Shown here: in pieces, positions 62,733-64,000 of the stretch
Numbering within the stretch: position 1 is the first letter of the stretch
Layout: every line of letters starts with the position of its first letter
From: Paragordius varius
Taxonomy: Eukaryota; Animalia; Nematomorpha
DNA: 64,000 nt
Assembly: GCA_964247055.1 (NCBI GenBank)
Contig: OZ176050.1
Coordinates: forward strand, 10,974,001 to 11,038,000
Direction of reading: 5' to 3'
Position numbers and translations under genes: made by a program
The notes under the pieces: generated by a model
What the model saw: only the letters and a program-made list of their open reading frames with translations
The model's database searches: none
What the model was told of the DNA's origin: nothing

Positions 62733-64000
62733 GAGGGTAAGTGAGAGGGAAAGCAATGGCAAACCACCCTCGTTTATTACTGCCAAAAAATAGTTTTACT
62801 ATATGAACTTAACAAGACTTTTCAAAGTTGGATGCTGGAACGTACGTTCCTTAACATCAACCAAACAGGTGATAATTGAAAAGGAAATGGAAAGATTGAA
62901 CATAGATATACTGGGTCTAACGGAAACCAAGCAAAAAGGTAGCGCGAAAGTACAAAACGAAAATTATACATTGTTAAGATCGGGGAGAGATGACCAGAAA
63001 TCTGAAGGCGTTGCAGTATTAATAAAAAACAAATTAAATAAAAGTCTCATTAGTTATACACCATATACACCCACAATCATGAGTATTAGGCTGAATGCCA
63101 AGCCACTTAAATTTACATACATAGTAGTCTATGCTCCTACGTCAAACGCTCCCAAAGAAGACATAGAGGACTTTTATGCAACGTTGCAAATAGTTTTGGA
63201 TGAACGAAGAAAGGAGATATGATTATCATAGGAGGGGATTGGAACACCAAAGTTGGTAGAGGTAGAGTAGATCAAATAGTTGGGCCATATGGATTGGGAG
63301 AACGAAACGAGGCCGGGGAAGCACTGATCAATTTTTGTCAAGAAAATGAGATGATGATAACCAACACATGGTTTCCACAACACAATATGAGGTTATACAC
63401 ATGGACCTCTCCATGTGGTAAATATAAGAATCAAATTGATTACATAATATGTCCTCAAAAATGGAAAAGCTCTATAATCGATACCAAAACAAGCAAAAGC
63501 AGCGATTGCTCTAGCGATCATGAGCTTCTAATAACCAAAATCAAACTTAAAATAATTAAAAATAAGGTTAAACAGATATACAGATATGACACTCGGAACA
63601 TTCCAAATAGTTTTAGAACAGAAACCAAAGATAGATTAGGAAGATTGGACAATGGATGTAGCTCAGAACAATTATGGGGAACGATAAAAAATGTTGTTAA
63701 TGAAGTGGCAAAAGAAAAAGTGCAGAGAGTAAAGAGGAAAGATATCAAATGGATATCAGAAAAGAGTATAGAGATAGCAGAAAAGAGGAGAAAAGCTAAA
63801 TCAAGAAGTGATAATAAAATGGTAAAATTATATAACAAAGAATTTCAACGACAAACAAGGAAGGATTATGAAGATTTTCTTAATAAACAATGTCTGGAAG
63901 TGGAATTAAATAACAAAAAAGGATTAATGCAACCAATGTTCCAGAAACTGAAGCAAATGACTCATAAACCTTTTATATCATCACAAAAGATTAAAAAAGA
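62733..64000 (+). mobile_element. RTE-clade (BovB-like) LINE, 5' part: APE endonuclease ORF with one frameshift; runs off the window
   Basis: Leader AATGGCAAACCAC. ORF 62803-63222 has WNVRSL, LGLTETK, GVAVLI and VYAPT. The frame from 63207 has GGDWNTKVG, GLGERNEAG, TNTWF, YTWTSP, NQIDYI and SDHE, and has no stop up to 64000. Confidence 0.92.

Noticed and set aside
63174-63838. Minus-strand ORFs 63174-63383 and 63518-63838
   Set aside because: Antisense shadows of the purine-rich RTE LINE ORF.

Overview
Very AT-rich, intron-containing animal genomic DNA; probably a bilaterian invertebrate, inferred from the MACIT collagen. No prokaryotic features or CRISPR arrays were seen. Four minus-strand genes were assembled by hand from GT-AG exons: a PI-specific phospholipase C of delta-type architecture (261-14474, 20 exons, first exon tentative); proteasome beta-2 subunit PSMB7 (33276-36925, 8 exons); a membrane-associated collagen with interrupted triple helices (MACIT, collagen XIII/XXIII/XXV/COL-99 family; 41205-50021, up to 25 exons); and an unrecognised coiled-coil protein (51665 to at least 57932). 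Introns and intergenic DNA are full of mobile DNA: four copies of one non-autonomous Helitron family, hAT elements with perfect 8-bp TSDs, TA-flanked and foldback MITEs, a tRNA-derived SINE pair, decayed RTE fragments and a young RTE-type LINE running off the right edge. The most unusual signal is two 22-nt GT-AG introns that are needed to rebuild PSMB7, whereas the other introns I could assemble range from 46 nt to several kb. All exon models and counts were made by eye, without alignment tools.
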